Assembly (NCBI GenBank): GCA_017449065.1
Contig: JAFSKF010000049.1
Span: 3,630 to 67,629 of the forward strand
Direction: 5' to 3'
DNA from: Bacteroidales bacterium
GTDB lineage: Bacteria; Bacteroidota; Bacteroidia; Bacteroidales; UBA3663
DNA length: 64,000 nt
Shown here: positions 39,096-48,600 of the stretch, piece after piece
How positions within the stretch are numbered: position 1 is the first letter of the stretch
Layout of the letters: each line of letters starts with the position of its first letter
Notes under the pieces: generated by a model
The model's input: only the letters and a program-made list of their open reading frames with translations
What the model was told of the DNA's origin: nothing
The model's database searches: none
Program-made: the position numbers and the translations under genes

Positions 39096-41264
39096 ATGAA
39101 GAAGATTTTTACTTTTTCGGTGTTAATGGCTGCATTAGTAGCAGGTCAGGCATTTGCCGACACTACCGTCAGCACGAAGGCTGATTTGGAGAATGCAATT
39201 AAGGCGGCTGCCGGTACGGGTCAGGAAACTGAGACCGTCATCAACATTGCTGCAGGTTCTTACATTTCTTTCTCGAACGGTTTCGAATGGCCTCTTGATT
39301 GTAACATCACTATCAATGGTCTTACCGATGACGAGCATCCGGACAAACCGGTTTTGACCATGCAGACTAAGTGGGCTACACCTAACACAGAGGGTACAGC
39401 TACCAATTTGCATTTCAACAATCTGCAGTTGGAGTGTACTGGCGGCCGTACAGCAAACTCAAAGTATATGTTTACCATTGCAGATAAGCAGGATTTTGAA
39501 GTGTATGTTGGCGATCTTCATTTCATCAATTGTGACTTTACGAATTGGAACCGTGCCATTATGCGTTGTCAGCCCAATGAACGTACGGTTGAGGAGAACG
39601 GCGAAGCCTTTACTGTGAAATGCGGTGGCGAAATTAATTCTTTCAAGTTGGAAGGTTGTAAGTTTTATGACGGATATTCACAGGCGAACCCAATGCCAAT
39701 GTTCTATCTTGGCTTGCGAGTTGTCGAAGCTGACATCGAAAACAATCTTTTCTACAACATGGGATATGTTAACGCTTTCTTTGCTTTTGCCTACATGACT
39801 GATTACTCAGTGGTTGACATCAACTTTACAATGAAGAACAATATGTTCGTTTGCCGTCCATCGGGTACGTTCATGACGTTTAGCAGCTTTGTAGGTCAGA
39901 GCTCTGTTTTCACTGTAGAAAACAACTTCTTCCTGGTTCCGAACTGGCGTGATGAGTACAACAACATGGATATCACCGACTCTATGCTGGTTGCCGTACC
40001 TGATACTCTTTCCCGTTTGCCTCGCAAGACTTTGGCCAATATCCGTTATGGTATGGGAACCTTCTCGAACAACGTGCTTGAGCAGTTCGGCAAGGCTGTC
40101 AACGGACTTGATGCAGATGGTGAAGGCATTTGGTCAGTAGATACCCTCAATTGGTTTACTTTCGAGGATGTTGATTTCTCTTGGGATAAGTTCACTGACG
40201 CACAGGGTGGTCTCTATGGTATTTGGAATGGTGAAAAGGTTTATACTGCCGGTACCAACGGCGAGCCTATCGGTGCTAAGATCCAGTACACCAGCGAGAA
40301 GCAGGAGGTTGTTTCTCTGACTGTTTCTATCGAAGGTTCGGAATCTGCTGAGGTTTCTGTTTCTCCAGCTCAGGCTAAGTATCTCAAGGGTGATGTTGTT
40401 ACTGTTACCGTTGATACCAAGGGTCTCAATGAGGTCGTTTCTTGGAGCAATGGCATGACAGGTCTTTCTAACGAAATCACGCTCGAAGAAGACCTCAACC
40501 TGGTTATCACTTGCAAGGAAACACCTTACTTCGCTATCTGGAACTTCCAGCAGATTACCAAGAACGGTTCTGCAGCTGCTGCCGACCTCGTTCCTAACTT
40601 TGCTAAGGCCGCTTTCAAGGACGTTCAGATCCAGATGGTTCAGTATGTAGATTCTTTGAACGGTTACACCACCGAGGGTCAGGTATTCCAGACTCGTGGC
40701 GAGAAGATGGGCAAGCCTTGTATCATTGTTCGTGACTCTCTCTATAACGTGGCAGCTGCTCACGTAGCTTATCTGCAGATTGTTATTCCTGAGGTTACTG
40801 CCGATATGACCTTCAGCGCAGAAATCGGTACTGAGAACTACATGACCAAGACTACGAACCTCGAAGCCAGCACCGATGGTACCAACTGGACGAAGCTGGC
40901 AAGCATCGATCTCGATACCAAGAATTCTAACACTTGGAATCAGATTTCCGGTAAGCTGGATGCTTTCGCAGGTCAGAAGAACGTCATTGTTCGCATCAAG
41001 GGTGTTGAAGAGTCTGGTTATTGGATTGGTCAGGATGTCATTGATTTGGCAGATGCTGAGGGCGTTGAACCTGAAACCAAGCTGACATTCTACTTCCCAT
41101 ACTTCACCAACTTCCAGCTCATGGGTGCTACCGATACCGCTATTGAGCAGGTTGAGGCTAACAAGGTTGCCGGTAACGCTGTTCGCTACGATATCCTGGG
41201 CCGTAAGATCAACAAGGCTAATGGCCTCCAGATCCTGAATGGCAAGGTGATCTTCGTGAAGTAA
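39096..41264 (+). CDS. T9SS-secreted PUL-associated protein, right-handed beta-helix-like (DUF4957/DUF5123-like from memory)
   Basis: 722 aa with a type-I signal peptide. The N-terminus ...TKADLENAIKAAAGTG...INIAAGSY resembles pectin-PUL beta-helix surface proteins. It ends ...VRYDILGRKINKANGLQILNGKVIFVK (T9SS CTD). Confidence 0.55.
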   Translation: MKKIFTFSVLMAALVAGQAFADTTVSTKADLENAIKAAAGTGQETETVINIAAGSYISFSNGFEWPLDCNITINGLTDDEHPDKPVLTMQTKWATPNTEGTATNLHFNNLQLECTGGRTANSKYMFTIADKQDFEVYVGDLHFINCDFTNWNRAIMRCQPNERTVEENGEAFTVKCGGEINSFKLEGCKFYDGYSQANPMPMFYLGLRVVEADIENNLFYNMGYVNAFFAFAYMTDYSVVDINFTMKNNMFVCRPSGTFMTFSSFVGQSSVFTVENNFFLVPNWRDEYNNMDITDSMLVAVPDTLSRLPRKTLANIRYGMGTFSNNVLEQFGKAVNGLDADGEGIWSVDTLNWFTFEDVDFSWDKFTDAQGGLYGIWNGEKVYTAGTNGEPIGAKIQYTSEKQEVVSLTVSIEGSESAEVSVSPAQAKYLKGDVVTVTVDTKGLNEVVSWSNGMTGLSNEITLEEDLNLVITCKETPYFAIWNFQQITKNGSAAAADLVPNFAKAAFKDVQIQMVQYVDSLNGYTTEGQVFQTRGEKMGKPCIIVRDSLYNVAAAHVAYLQIVIPEVTADMTFSAEIGTENYMTKTTNLEASTDGTNWTKLASIDLDTKNSNTWNQISGKLDAFAGQKNVIVRIKGVEESGYWIGQDVIDLADAEGVEPETKLTFYFPYFTNFQLMGATDTAIEQVEANKVAGNAVRYDILGRKINKANGLQILNGKVIFVK

Positions 41265-41291
41265 ACGAAGATTGTGAAGTAATGAAGTAAG
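41256..41291 (+). repeat. 4 x 9-bp tandem array seeded by the last codons and stop of the upstream gene
   Basis: GTGAAGTAA ACGAAGATT GTGAAGTAA TGAAGTAAG. The first unit is Val-Lys-stop of the 39096-41264 gene. Confidence 0.75.
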
Positions 41292-41315
41292 TTCTTACTG
41301 AAAGATATAAAAATT

Positions 41316-41350
41316 GAGGTTGTGCTTTTTTTGGGGCACAACCTCTTTTT
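41316..41350. terminator. Bidirectional rho-independent terminator between convergent genes
   Basis: GAGGTTGTGC (41316-41325) pairs with GCACAACCTC (41336-41345), a 10-bp perfect stem flanked by A-run/T-run on both sides. Confidence 0.8.
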
Positions 41351-41358
41351 GTGTTTCG

Positions 41359-41424
41359 TTTTGCGAATCTGCTTACTTTGTTTTGCGAATCTGCTTACTT
41401 TGTTCTGCGAATCTGCTTACTTCG
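41359..41424 (-). repeat. 3 x 22-bp tandem repeat overlapping the GH28 stop codon
   Basis: TTTTGCGAATCTGCTTACTTTG x2 plus TTCTGCGAATCTGCTTACTTCG. The last copy contains the TAA (41417-41419, minus strand) of GH28. Confidence 0.9.
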
Positions 41425-42889
41425 TTGTCTTGAATCCTTTCACCGTAGCGTCGGTTGAAATGGCATCTCCGACGGAGTTCGTGATGGTCACTTGCTTGAA
41501 GTTGATGTCTTTGGCATAATGCAGTTCAGCACCTTTCTTGGCAACGAACAGGCAGTTCTTCATCGTCAGGTTGGAGAGAGGCATCTCTGGCAGGCCGTTG
41601 ATCCAGATGGCGCGACCGGCACCTTGGCAAACCACCTTCGAGATGTGGATGTCGCGGAACGAAGGAGTCTCTTCTGTCACGGGCTGCACATCGCCGCTCT
41701 TGTCGCTGTCAGCATCTGCTTTGCCCGTTGCGGGTTTGTTGGCATAATAGAGGTCGAGGGTGAAAGCATCGCCGGCAATATTCACCATATTGATTTTCTC
41801 GATGTAGATTTTCTCGACCACACCGCCGCGTCCGCGGGTTGATTTCATGCGCAAGCCCGTATCCGTACCGTTGAAGACGCAGTTGTGCACCCAGATGTTG
41901 CGGGCGCCGGAGCTCATCTCGCTGCCAATCACAAAGCCGCCGTGTCCGTGCAGCACCGTGCAGTCTTCGATAATCACGTTCTGGCAGGGTTTCTTCCACG
42001 AACGTCCCTCAGCATCCTTGCCCGATTTGATGCAGATGGCATCATCGCCCACGTCGAAGACACAGTCGCGGATGATGGCACGGTTGGCTGATTCCAGATC
42101 CAGGCCATCGCCGTTCTGAGCATACCACGGGTTACGAACCGTAACACCGTCCATCGTGAAATCCTCGCACATCAGCGGATGCGTGTTCCACGAAGGGGAA
42201 TTGCTGAGCGTAATGTCTTTGAGCAGCACGCGTTTGCAGCGGGTGAATTCCAGCAGGGTCGGACGTCCGTTCACGCGGCGCAGGTCGGGAGCTCCGGGTT
42301 TGCCCTTTTGGTCGTCGTTCTTTGCATTCGGATACCAGATGTTGTTCTGCTCGATGCCGTCGCCCGAAGTCAGTTCCTTCCATTGGTTAGTCGTGAACTT
42401 GCCTTTCTTCGAAGGGCGCCAGTGTTCGCCTTGTCCGTCGAAGCTGCCGTGACCCGTAATTGCCACATCGTGCTTCTCGTAGGCCCAAAGCGGCGACATC
42501 CTGCGCTTTGCCGATTTCCCTTCGAACACGACGGTCACTTCCGGATAAGCGTCGAAGTCGGTGGTGAAAAGCACCAGGGCACCGCGTTTCACGTGCAGTT
42601 CGCAGTTGTTCTCAAACTGGATCGGTCCCGTCAGCCAGATGCCCGAAGGAACATTGAGGCGTCCGCCGCCTTTGTCCGACAAGGCCTTCATTGCCTTGGC
42701 GAAGGCTTCCGTGTTCAGGGTGCCGCCATCGCCCACACCCCCGAAGTCGGTCACCGAAACCTCGTATTTCGGAATCTTGGGTTGCGCCACGTCGGGCATC
42801 GTGAACGGACACTCGGCCTTTGCCGATACTTGCAGGGGCAGCAGGGAAAGCGCTGCTGAGAGCAGGGAAAAGAAAAGTTTCTTTTTCAT
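41417..42889 (-). CDS. GH28 polygalacturonase
   Basis: 490 aa with a signal peptide. GH28 motifs ...NPWYAQNGDGLDLES..., ...VGDDAICIKSG..., ...HGHGGFVIGSE..., ...TGLRMKS.... Confidence 0.9.
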   Translation of the reverse strand: MKKKLFFSLLSAALSLLPLQVSAKAECPFTMPDVAQPKIPKYEVSVTDFGGVGDGGTLNTEAFAKAMKALSDKGGGRLNVPSGIWLTGPIQFENNCELHVKRGALVLFTTDFDAYPEVTVVFEGKSAKRRMSPLWAYEKHDVAITGHGSFDGQGEHWRPSKKGKFTTNQWKELTSGDGIEQNNIWYPNAKNDDQKGKPGAPDLRRVNGRPTLLEFTRCKRVLLKDITLSNSPSWNTHPLMCEDFTMDGVTVRNPWYAQNGDGLDLESANRAIIRDCVFDVGDDAICIKSGKDAEGRSWKKPCQNVIIEDCTVLHGHGGFVIGSEMSSGARNIWVHNCVFNGTDTGLRMKSTRGRGGVVEKIYIEKINMVNIAGDAFTLDLYYANKPATGKADADSDKSGDVQPVTEETPSFRDIHISKVVCQGAGRAIWINGLPEMPLSNLTMKNCLFVAKKGAELHYAKDINFKQVTITNSVGDAISTDATVKGFKTTK

Positions 42890-42922
42890 GAGTCAGGGTT
42901 TTATGAATGAGTCATTATTATA

Positions 42923-45097
42923 TTAACGTATATAGATCTTTTTGTTGTTGCGGATATAGAGTTGCCCGCGAACCGGACGGGTGACGGGGCGACCCAGAAT
43001 GTCGTAGAGGGTGTTGTCCGAAGGCTGCTCCGTGGTCTCCACTTCGCGAATGGCGGTTTCCTGTTCACCGTCGATGAGCCAGAACTTCAGCGTAGGCGTA
43101 TTGCCGTTGAAGGTGATGGTGATGTCCTGTCCGGAAACAGCCTTGTCGAACTCGATGTCGAGCGTGGTTCTGACTCCCGACGTGGCGTCGATGACGTAGG
43201 TGCCCGCATCGATCTTCTTGCCGTTCACCTCCGTCACGTTGATGTTGTTGCCCGTATAATTGCTGTAGCCATACACGCGCATCTTGGTGATCGAATAGCC
43301 GGCAGGCACGAAGATGCGGTATTGCTGAGCTTTGAGCTTCAGGCAGTGTTCCTGTCCGCCGGCAATCGAACCCGTGGCGTTCTGGATGGCGAAACCGTCA
43401 GCAAACAGCTGCTGCTTGGCGCCCGAATCGTAGCCCTTGTAGGTCAGCGTCGAAAGTTCGTGCTTCCAGGCAGGGGCGATGTCGCTGCGGACGGTCATCT
43501 CGTTGTAGGTCACGCCCCCTTGCAGTTTTGTGTCGTAGCATGAGTCGGCAATGGCGCGCACCGATTTGTTCAGATAGTTGGCGGCATATTCCGTGTAGCT
43601 GTAACCGACGCCCGCAGCTGGGGAAGAGGCAATCACCTTGCCGGTCTCGCTGCCTTCGATGCCCCACGAATCCTCGAACGAGTCGCGCACATAGTTGTCG
43701 TTCAGGTCGCGGATGGAGGAACTGTATTCCGCATCGTCCTGCACCAGAATAGGCCAGGCGCTGTTCTCCACCTGAGCGGCAGTCAGTCCGTTGCGGAGGT
43801 TGTCCGACTGGGTGTCAATCATACCATAGGAGGCACCGTTCGAACCCGATCCGTTCTTACCGATGCGGCCCGTCACCTGTGCGATGACCAGCGAATCGAC
43901 GCAATCGCGACGGTAGTTGGCCGAGTTATATTCGCAGCTGAAACAGCCGGCGAACTTCAGCACGCGACGGTAGGCCTCCTCAGCGCTCCACGTGGTGGCA
44001 AGCATATATTCGCGAGGCTCGCGCAGACGCATGGTGTCTTTGGTGACCGACGAATAGACCGACGACGAGTAGCCCGAAATCTGGTTGTAGATGCCGTAGG
44101 TCCAGTTGTCTGCAGTCACGTCGCTGTAGTCGGGATTCACGTTGCCGTCCACATAGAAATGGCCCCAGGCATTCACGGCTCCGGCAAAGGCGGGGTAGGT
44201 GCGCACATAGTCAGCGCTTCGGGCTCCGATGGCGCAGATGCGCTTGCGGCGCACCAGGCTGCGCTGGTCGGTGGCTGGTCCGGGCTTATAATAATTGTTC
44301 ACGAAATTGGCATCCGTAGCCTCTGCACCGTAGCAGCCCTCGCCGCCCCAGTTGTAGAACACGCAGTTGCGGATATCCACGAAGTCGAGTGTAGCCAGGT
44401 CGCCGTCACCGCCCAAGCGGGGCACGCGGCTCGAACACTGGGCAATCAGGTTGTGCAGGTAGCTCACATTGCGTCCGCCCCAGTTGCCGCCATAGCCGTG
44501 CGCACCCTTCACGTGTCCGGCATTGGTGAGCGACTGTTCGATGATGCACCACTGGATGGTGATGTTCGAGCCTTCGCTGACCGACAGGCATTCGTCGATG
44601 CTCCAGCTCACCGAACAGTGGTCCAGGATGATATTGTCAGCTTCCTCGATGCCAAAGCCGTCGCCTTCGTGGTGGGCCACCTGCCTGTTGCCCAGGCGGA
44701 AGCGCATGAAGCGGATGATGGCATTCTGGCAGGAGATGGTGACGGGATAGTCAGCCAGACAGATGCCGTCGCCCGGTGCCGTTTGTCCGAGGATGGTCAG
44801 GTCGCCGCAGTCCATGTTTAGGGCAGAAGTCAGATAGATGGTGCCCGACACCTTGAAGATGATGATTTTCTTGCCCGGCTGCTTCACCGCCCAGCGGAAG
44901 GTTCCTTTCACCAGGTTGCTGTCCGAGCAATCGTCCAGGCTGGTAATGGCATATACTTTGCCGCCTCGTCCGCCGGTGGCATACCGGCCGTAGCCTTCTG
45001 CACCGGGGAAGGCCAGCATCTGTTCCTCAGCCAAGAGCGGGACATTCAGCAGCAATTGCAGCATGAGGCAACCGAGAAGTAGAAGTGTTTTTTTCAT
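42923..45097 (-). CDS. PL1 pectate lyase with T9SS C-terminal domain
   Basis: 724 aa; ...AFPGAEGYGRYATGGRGGKVYAITSLDD..., ...IILDHCSVSW..., ...SSRVPRLGG... (PL1). Ends ...TLYDILGRPVTRPVRGQLYIRNNKKIYIR. Confidence 0.9.
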   Translation of the reverse strand: MKKTLLLLGCLMLQLLLNVPLLAEEQMLAFPGAEGYGRYATGGRGGKVYAITSLDDCSDSNLVKGTFRWAVKQPGKKIIIFKVSGTIYLTSALNMDCGDLTILGQTAPGDGICLADYPVTISCQNAIIRFMRFRLGNRQVAHHEGDGFGIEEADNIILDHCSVSWSIDECLSVSEGSNITIQWCIIEQSLTNAGHVKGAHGYGGNWGGRNVSYLHNLIAQCSSRVPRLGGDGDLATLDFVDIRNCVFYNWGGEGCYGAEATDANFVNNYYKPGPATDQRSLVRRKRICAIGARSADYVRTYPAFAGAVNAWGHFYVDGNVNPDYSDVTADNWTYGIYNQISGYSSSVYSSVTKDTMRLREPREYMLATTWSAEEAYRRVLKFAGCFSCEYNSANYRRDCVDSLVIAQVTGRIGKNGSGSNGASYGMIDTQSDNLRNGLTAAQVENSAWPILVQDDAEYSSSIRDLNDNYVRDSFEDSWGIEGSETGKVIASSPAAGVGYSYTEYAANYLNKSVRAIADSCYDTKLQGGVTYNEMTVRSDIAPAWKHELSTLTYKGYDSGAKQQLFADGFAIQNATGSIAGGQEHCLKLKAQQYRIFVPAGYSITKMRVYGYSNYTGNNINVTEVNGKKIDAGTYVIDATSGVRTTLDIEFDKAVSGQDITITFNGNTPTLKFWLIDGEQETAIREVETTEQPSDNTLYDILGRPVTRPVRGQLYIRNNKKIYIR

Positions 45098-45139
45098 AAT
45101 TTGTATGGTTTTATTGATTTCGTCTGCTTGTTATGGTTG

Positions 45140-45147
45140 CAAATATA
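45140..45147 (-). promoter_or_regulatory. Bacteroidota-type -7 promoter box for the PL1-GH28 operon
   Basis: Plus-strand CAAATATA equals TATATTTG on the minus strand, about 45 nt upstream of ATG 45097. Confidence 0.5.
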
Positions 45148-45243
45148 GTGGATTTTGCCCTGATTCGGGTGGAAAGACCGCTCAAAAACAGAAAATGACT
45201 AAAAAGATACCCCATTTGATTCAAAAATCTCCTTTTCTCCGGT

Positions 45244-45571
45244 TTTGTTTGGCACGCAAAGTTCAGTTTCATGCGAAAAATGACTTTGTTTGGCACGCAA
45301 AGTCAATTTTCGTTCGAAAAAAGGTTTTGTTTGGCACGCAAAGTTATTTTTCATGCGAAAAAAGACTTTGTTTGGCACGCAAAGTTAATTTTCATGCGAA
45401 AAAAGACTTTGAAAAGTTTTCGAAACTCGGTTTCGCATGAAAAATGGCTTTGAAAAGTTTTCGAAACTCAGTTTCGCTTGAAAAAAGACTTTGAAAAGTT
45501 TTCGAAACTCGGTTTCGCTTGAAAAATGACTTCGAAAAGTTTTCGAAACTCGGTTTCATGCAAATAATAAC
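45244..45571 (+). repeat. 8 x 41-bp tandem array (4 type-A + 4 type-B units)
   Basis: Type A: TTTGTTTGGCACGCAAAGTTnAnTTTCATGCGAAAAAnGAC (45244, 45285, 45326, 45367). Type B: TTTGAAAAGTTTTCGAAACTCGGTTTCGCTTGAAAAAnGAC (45408, 45449, 45490, 45531). The period is exactly 41 bp. Confidence 0.95.
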
Positions 45572-45634
45572 TTCTTTTTTGCTCCGATGGGGCGATTTTT
45601 TATGCGGAATGTTCCGTTGTTTCTAAAAAATCCT

Positions 45635-45642
45635 TATCTTTG
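45635..45642 (+). promoter_or_regulatory. Bacteroidota-type -7 promoter box for the regulator gene
   Basis: TATCTTTG lies 4 nt before ATG 45647 and 22 nt before ATG 45665. Confidence 0.5.
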
Positions 45643-45664
45643 CCACATGAAATTTACTGACCTC

Positions 45665-48600
45665 ATGAAGAAACATATTTTTCCGATACTGATTCTTGCC
45701 AGTCTGATGCTCGCTGCCACAGCAGCCGCAGCACAACCGATACTGAAATGCACCGAGTATAAATCGGGCGGAGCGATGGACCACACTCGCGTCTCGACCT
45801 ACGAGCAGGATTCGAAGGGAATCCTCTGGTTTGGCACCTGGATCGGGCTGTGCCGCTACGACGGCAAGGACTTCCACTATTTTAACACGAACGATGGGGC
45901 GTCCGACGGGGCTTCGCAGCCTTTGGGCAGCAACCGCATTCTGAAGCTGAACCTCGACAGTCGCGAAAACATCTGGTGCCAGAACTACGATCAGGGCCTG
46001 TATCGCTTCGACCGCGTTACCTCCACGTTTCAGGCCGTGCTGCCTTTGGTGAAGGACTATCCCGCCCAGCAGTCGCTGAAGGACAAGGTCTATGTGATGC
46101 GTCGCAACCGCGTGGTTTGGGCAGTGCTTGCCGATGGCACCCTGGTGCGCTTTCAGGATGCTGACCCGTCGCAGAACGAAGTGATTCCCTGCGAGGCGGG
46201 GCAAAAGAACCGTACCGTCTATGGAATTCAGGAAGACAGTTTCGGGCGGGAATGGGTGCTGACCGACTATGGCGTGATTCTCTATGGCCAGAAGGGGCGG
46301 ATCACTACCTACCCCTACACCCACTTTCTGCAGCAGGGAGAGCATTGTTTCCTGGCAGCGCGCAACACTGCCCAGCTGGTGGAATATCAGGGTGAGGGCG
46401 TTTTCCGCAACATCGAACTGCCGTCCCAAATCCGCTTCATCCGATATATGCAGCCGCATGGTGAGGACCGGATCCTGCTGGGCACCGACCGCGGGCTGGT
46501 GATCTACGACGTCCGGACCCGGCAGCTTCAGGTGGTCGATACTGCCACCGACGGACGACGGGTGGAGAACATCGGACAATCCTTCACCGACAGCCAGGGG
46601 CGCATCTGGATCTTTGCGGGCGAAACAGGCGTCTATTGCCTGAGGCCGGGCGAGGCCCGCTGCGAGTATCTGCAGAATCCGGAGCCCGATATGCCCAAGC
46701 TGAACGAGAGCGGCAAACTCTATCTGATCACGCAGGACGCGAACGGCGTGGTGTGGCTCAAACCGAGCCGGGGCGAACTGTGCTGGTATTGCGAAGAGGA
46801 CGGCCGGCTGCATTCCCACCGGGAAGCGATGGCACCCGGCGAGACGCTCCCCATACACGACTATAATTTCTATTTCGTCGATTTGCAGCGCAATCTGTGG
46901 GTCAGCAGCGGGACGCGCCTCTATCACCTGACCTTCGCGCGCCGTCAGTTCCACTCCATTCAGACCGATCCGGACGTGGAAATCCGTTCGCTCTTTGCTG
47001 AGGACAGCCTCCACGTGTGGTACGGAGATAAATTGGGGCATCTGTGCCGCATGAACGTGTCCGACCGTTCCAGCCAGTACCTCACGCCCCAGGGACAATG
47101 GACCGACCGGAAAGTTCCGTTCTGCACCTACGGCATTTTCCACATCATGCAGACCCGCGACGGGCAGATCCTGTTGGGCACCCGCGGTGACGGACTTTTC
47201 CGGCTCATTCCGCAGGGCAAAGGCTTCCGGGTGAGCAATTATCGGGCAGCAGAAAAGGAGGGGGCACTGAACTGCGATGTCATCTACGATATGTATCAGG
47301 ACGAGAACGATCGCGTCTGGGTGGCATCGTTCGGAGGAGGCCTGAACCTGATTGAATCGGTGACCGACGACACGCTGCGGTTCCTGAACGGAGGCTTCCT
47401 GGGCTATCCGATGAACTCGTTCGAGATGTCGCGATGCGTGCAGGGCGACGGCAAGGGCCGCATCATGGTGGGCACCAACAAGGGTCTGGTGGTGTTCTCC
47501 TCGAAGTTCAACCGCTTGTCCGACCTGAAGTTCCAGACCTATCAGGCACAGTCGGAACAGGGTGGCGGCTTGCCCGACAATATGATTATGCGCATCGTCT
47601 ATACGCCTGGTGGAGATTTCTATATCAGTTCGTTTGCCAGGGGCTTGTGCAAGGTGGAGGGCGACGGCATCGCCAGCCTGCAGTTCCGTCACCTGCCCAA
47701 CCGCGATTTCCCTGCGGGCGATGTCAATGCCACGGCCATTGCGCTCTCGTCGGGGCAGATCTGGACGATTGCAGAATGCGGCATCACCTGCTATCGTCCG
47801 CAGCAGGAGCAGATGTGGTATTTCGACCAGCACGACTTCGACCGTCCGTATTCGATGACCGAATGCGAGCCCGTCGAACTTTATGACGGCAGGTTGCTGT
47901 TGGGCATGTTCGGGGGCATTCTGGTGTTCCGGCCCGCATCGATACAGAAATCGGAATACCGTCCGAAGATCGTCTTCACCGAGCGCTTGTATGCCGTCGG
48001 TGCCCAGCAGTATGTGCAGGAACTGAACGACGTGGATACGCTCTACATCGAACCCCATCAGCGCTCCAGTTCGTTGCGCTTTGCTGCCATCGACTTCGTG
48101 CAATCCTCGCTGGTGCGCTATGCCTATTGGATGCACAGCGCCGGCAGCGTGTCCGACAAGCAATGGGTGTATGCAGAGTCGCCGGAAGTGAATTTCACCA
48201 ACTTGGCTCCGGGCAAATACGACCTGCACCTGAAGAGCACCAACAGCGATGGCGTCTGGATCGACAACGAGCGCGTGCTGCGCGTCATCGTGGTGCCTAC
48301 GTTCTGGGAGCAATGGGGCGGCCTGATCATCTTGCTGTTGCTCCTGACCGCATCGGGCATTGCGGTGTTCGTCTATGTGCGCCACCTGAAGCAGCGCCAG
48401 CAGTCGGTGATGAAGCAGGAGGTTTCTGCCGTGAAGATCAACATGCTGACCAACCCGGCTCCGCAAGTCGATCAGGAGTTTATCAAGAACGTGATGGCCT
48501 ACCTGACCGAACACCTGTCGGACGGCGACCTGCAAGTGAACGATGTGGCAGATGCCCTGAACATGAGCCGTGCCACCTTCTATCGTCGCCTGAAGCAGTC

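Noticed and set aside
45063-45453. ORFs of 125 aa and 60 aa running through the 41-bp array
   Set aside because: Their 'proteins' are just the translated repeat (FVWHAKS... reiterated). They overlap the PL1 start and promoter and have no coding signature.
45244-45571. CRISPR array as an explanation for the 41-bp periodic repeats
   Set aside because: The units abut each other with no unique spacers. The two unit types are simply diverged copies of one another, and no cas genes or leader are nearby.
45623-48535. 970-aa stop-free ORF antisense to the regulator gene
   Set aside because: It is the codon-aligned mirror frame of the sense gene (coordinates mod 3 agree). It is therefore open simply because the sense gene uses no TTA, CTA or TCA codons. 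The sense frame has clear propeller/Y_Y_Y/AraC motifs; the antisense product is low-complexity (H/Q/R/V/L-rich) with no recognisable domain.
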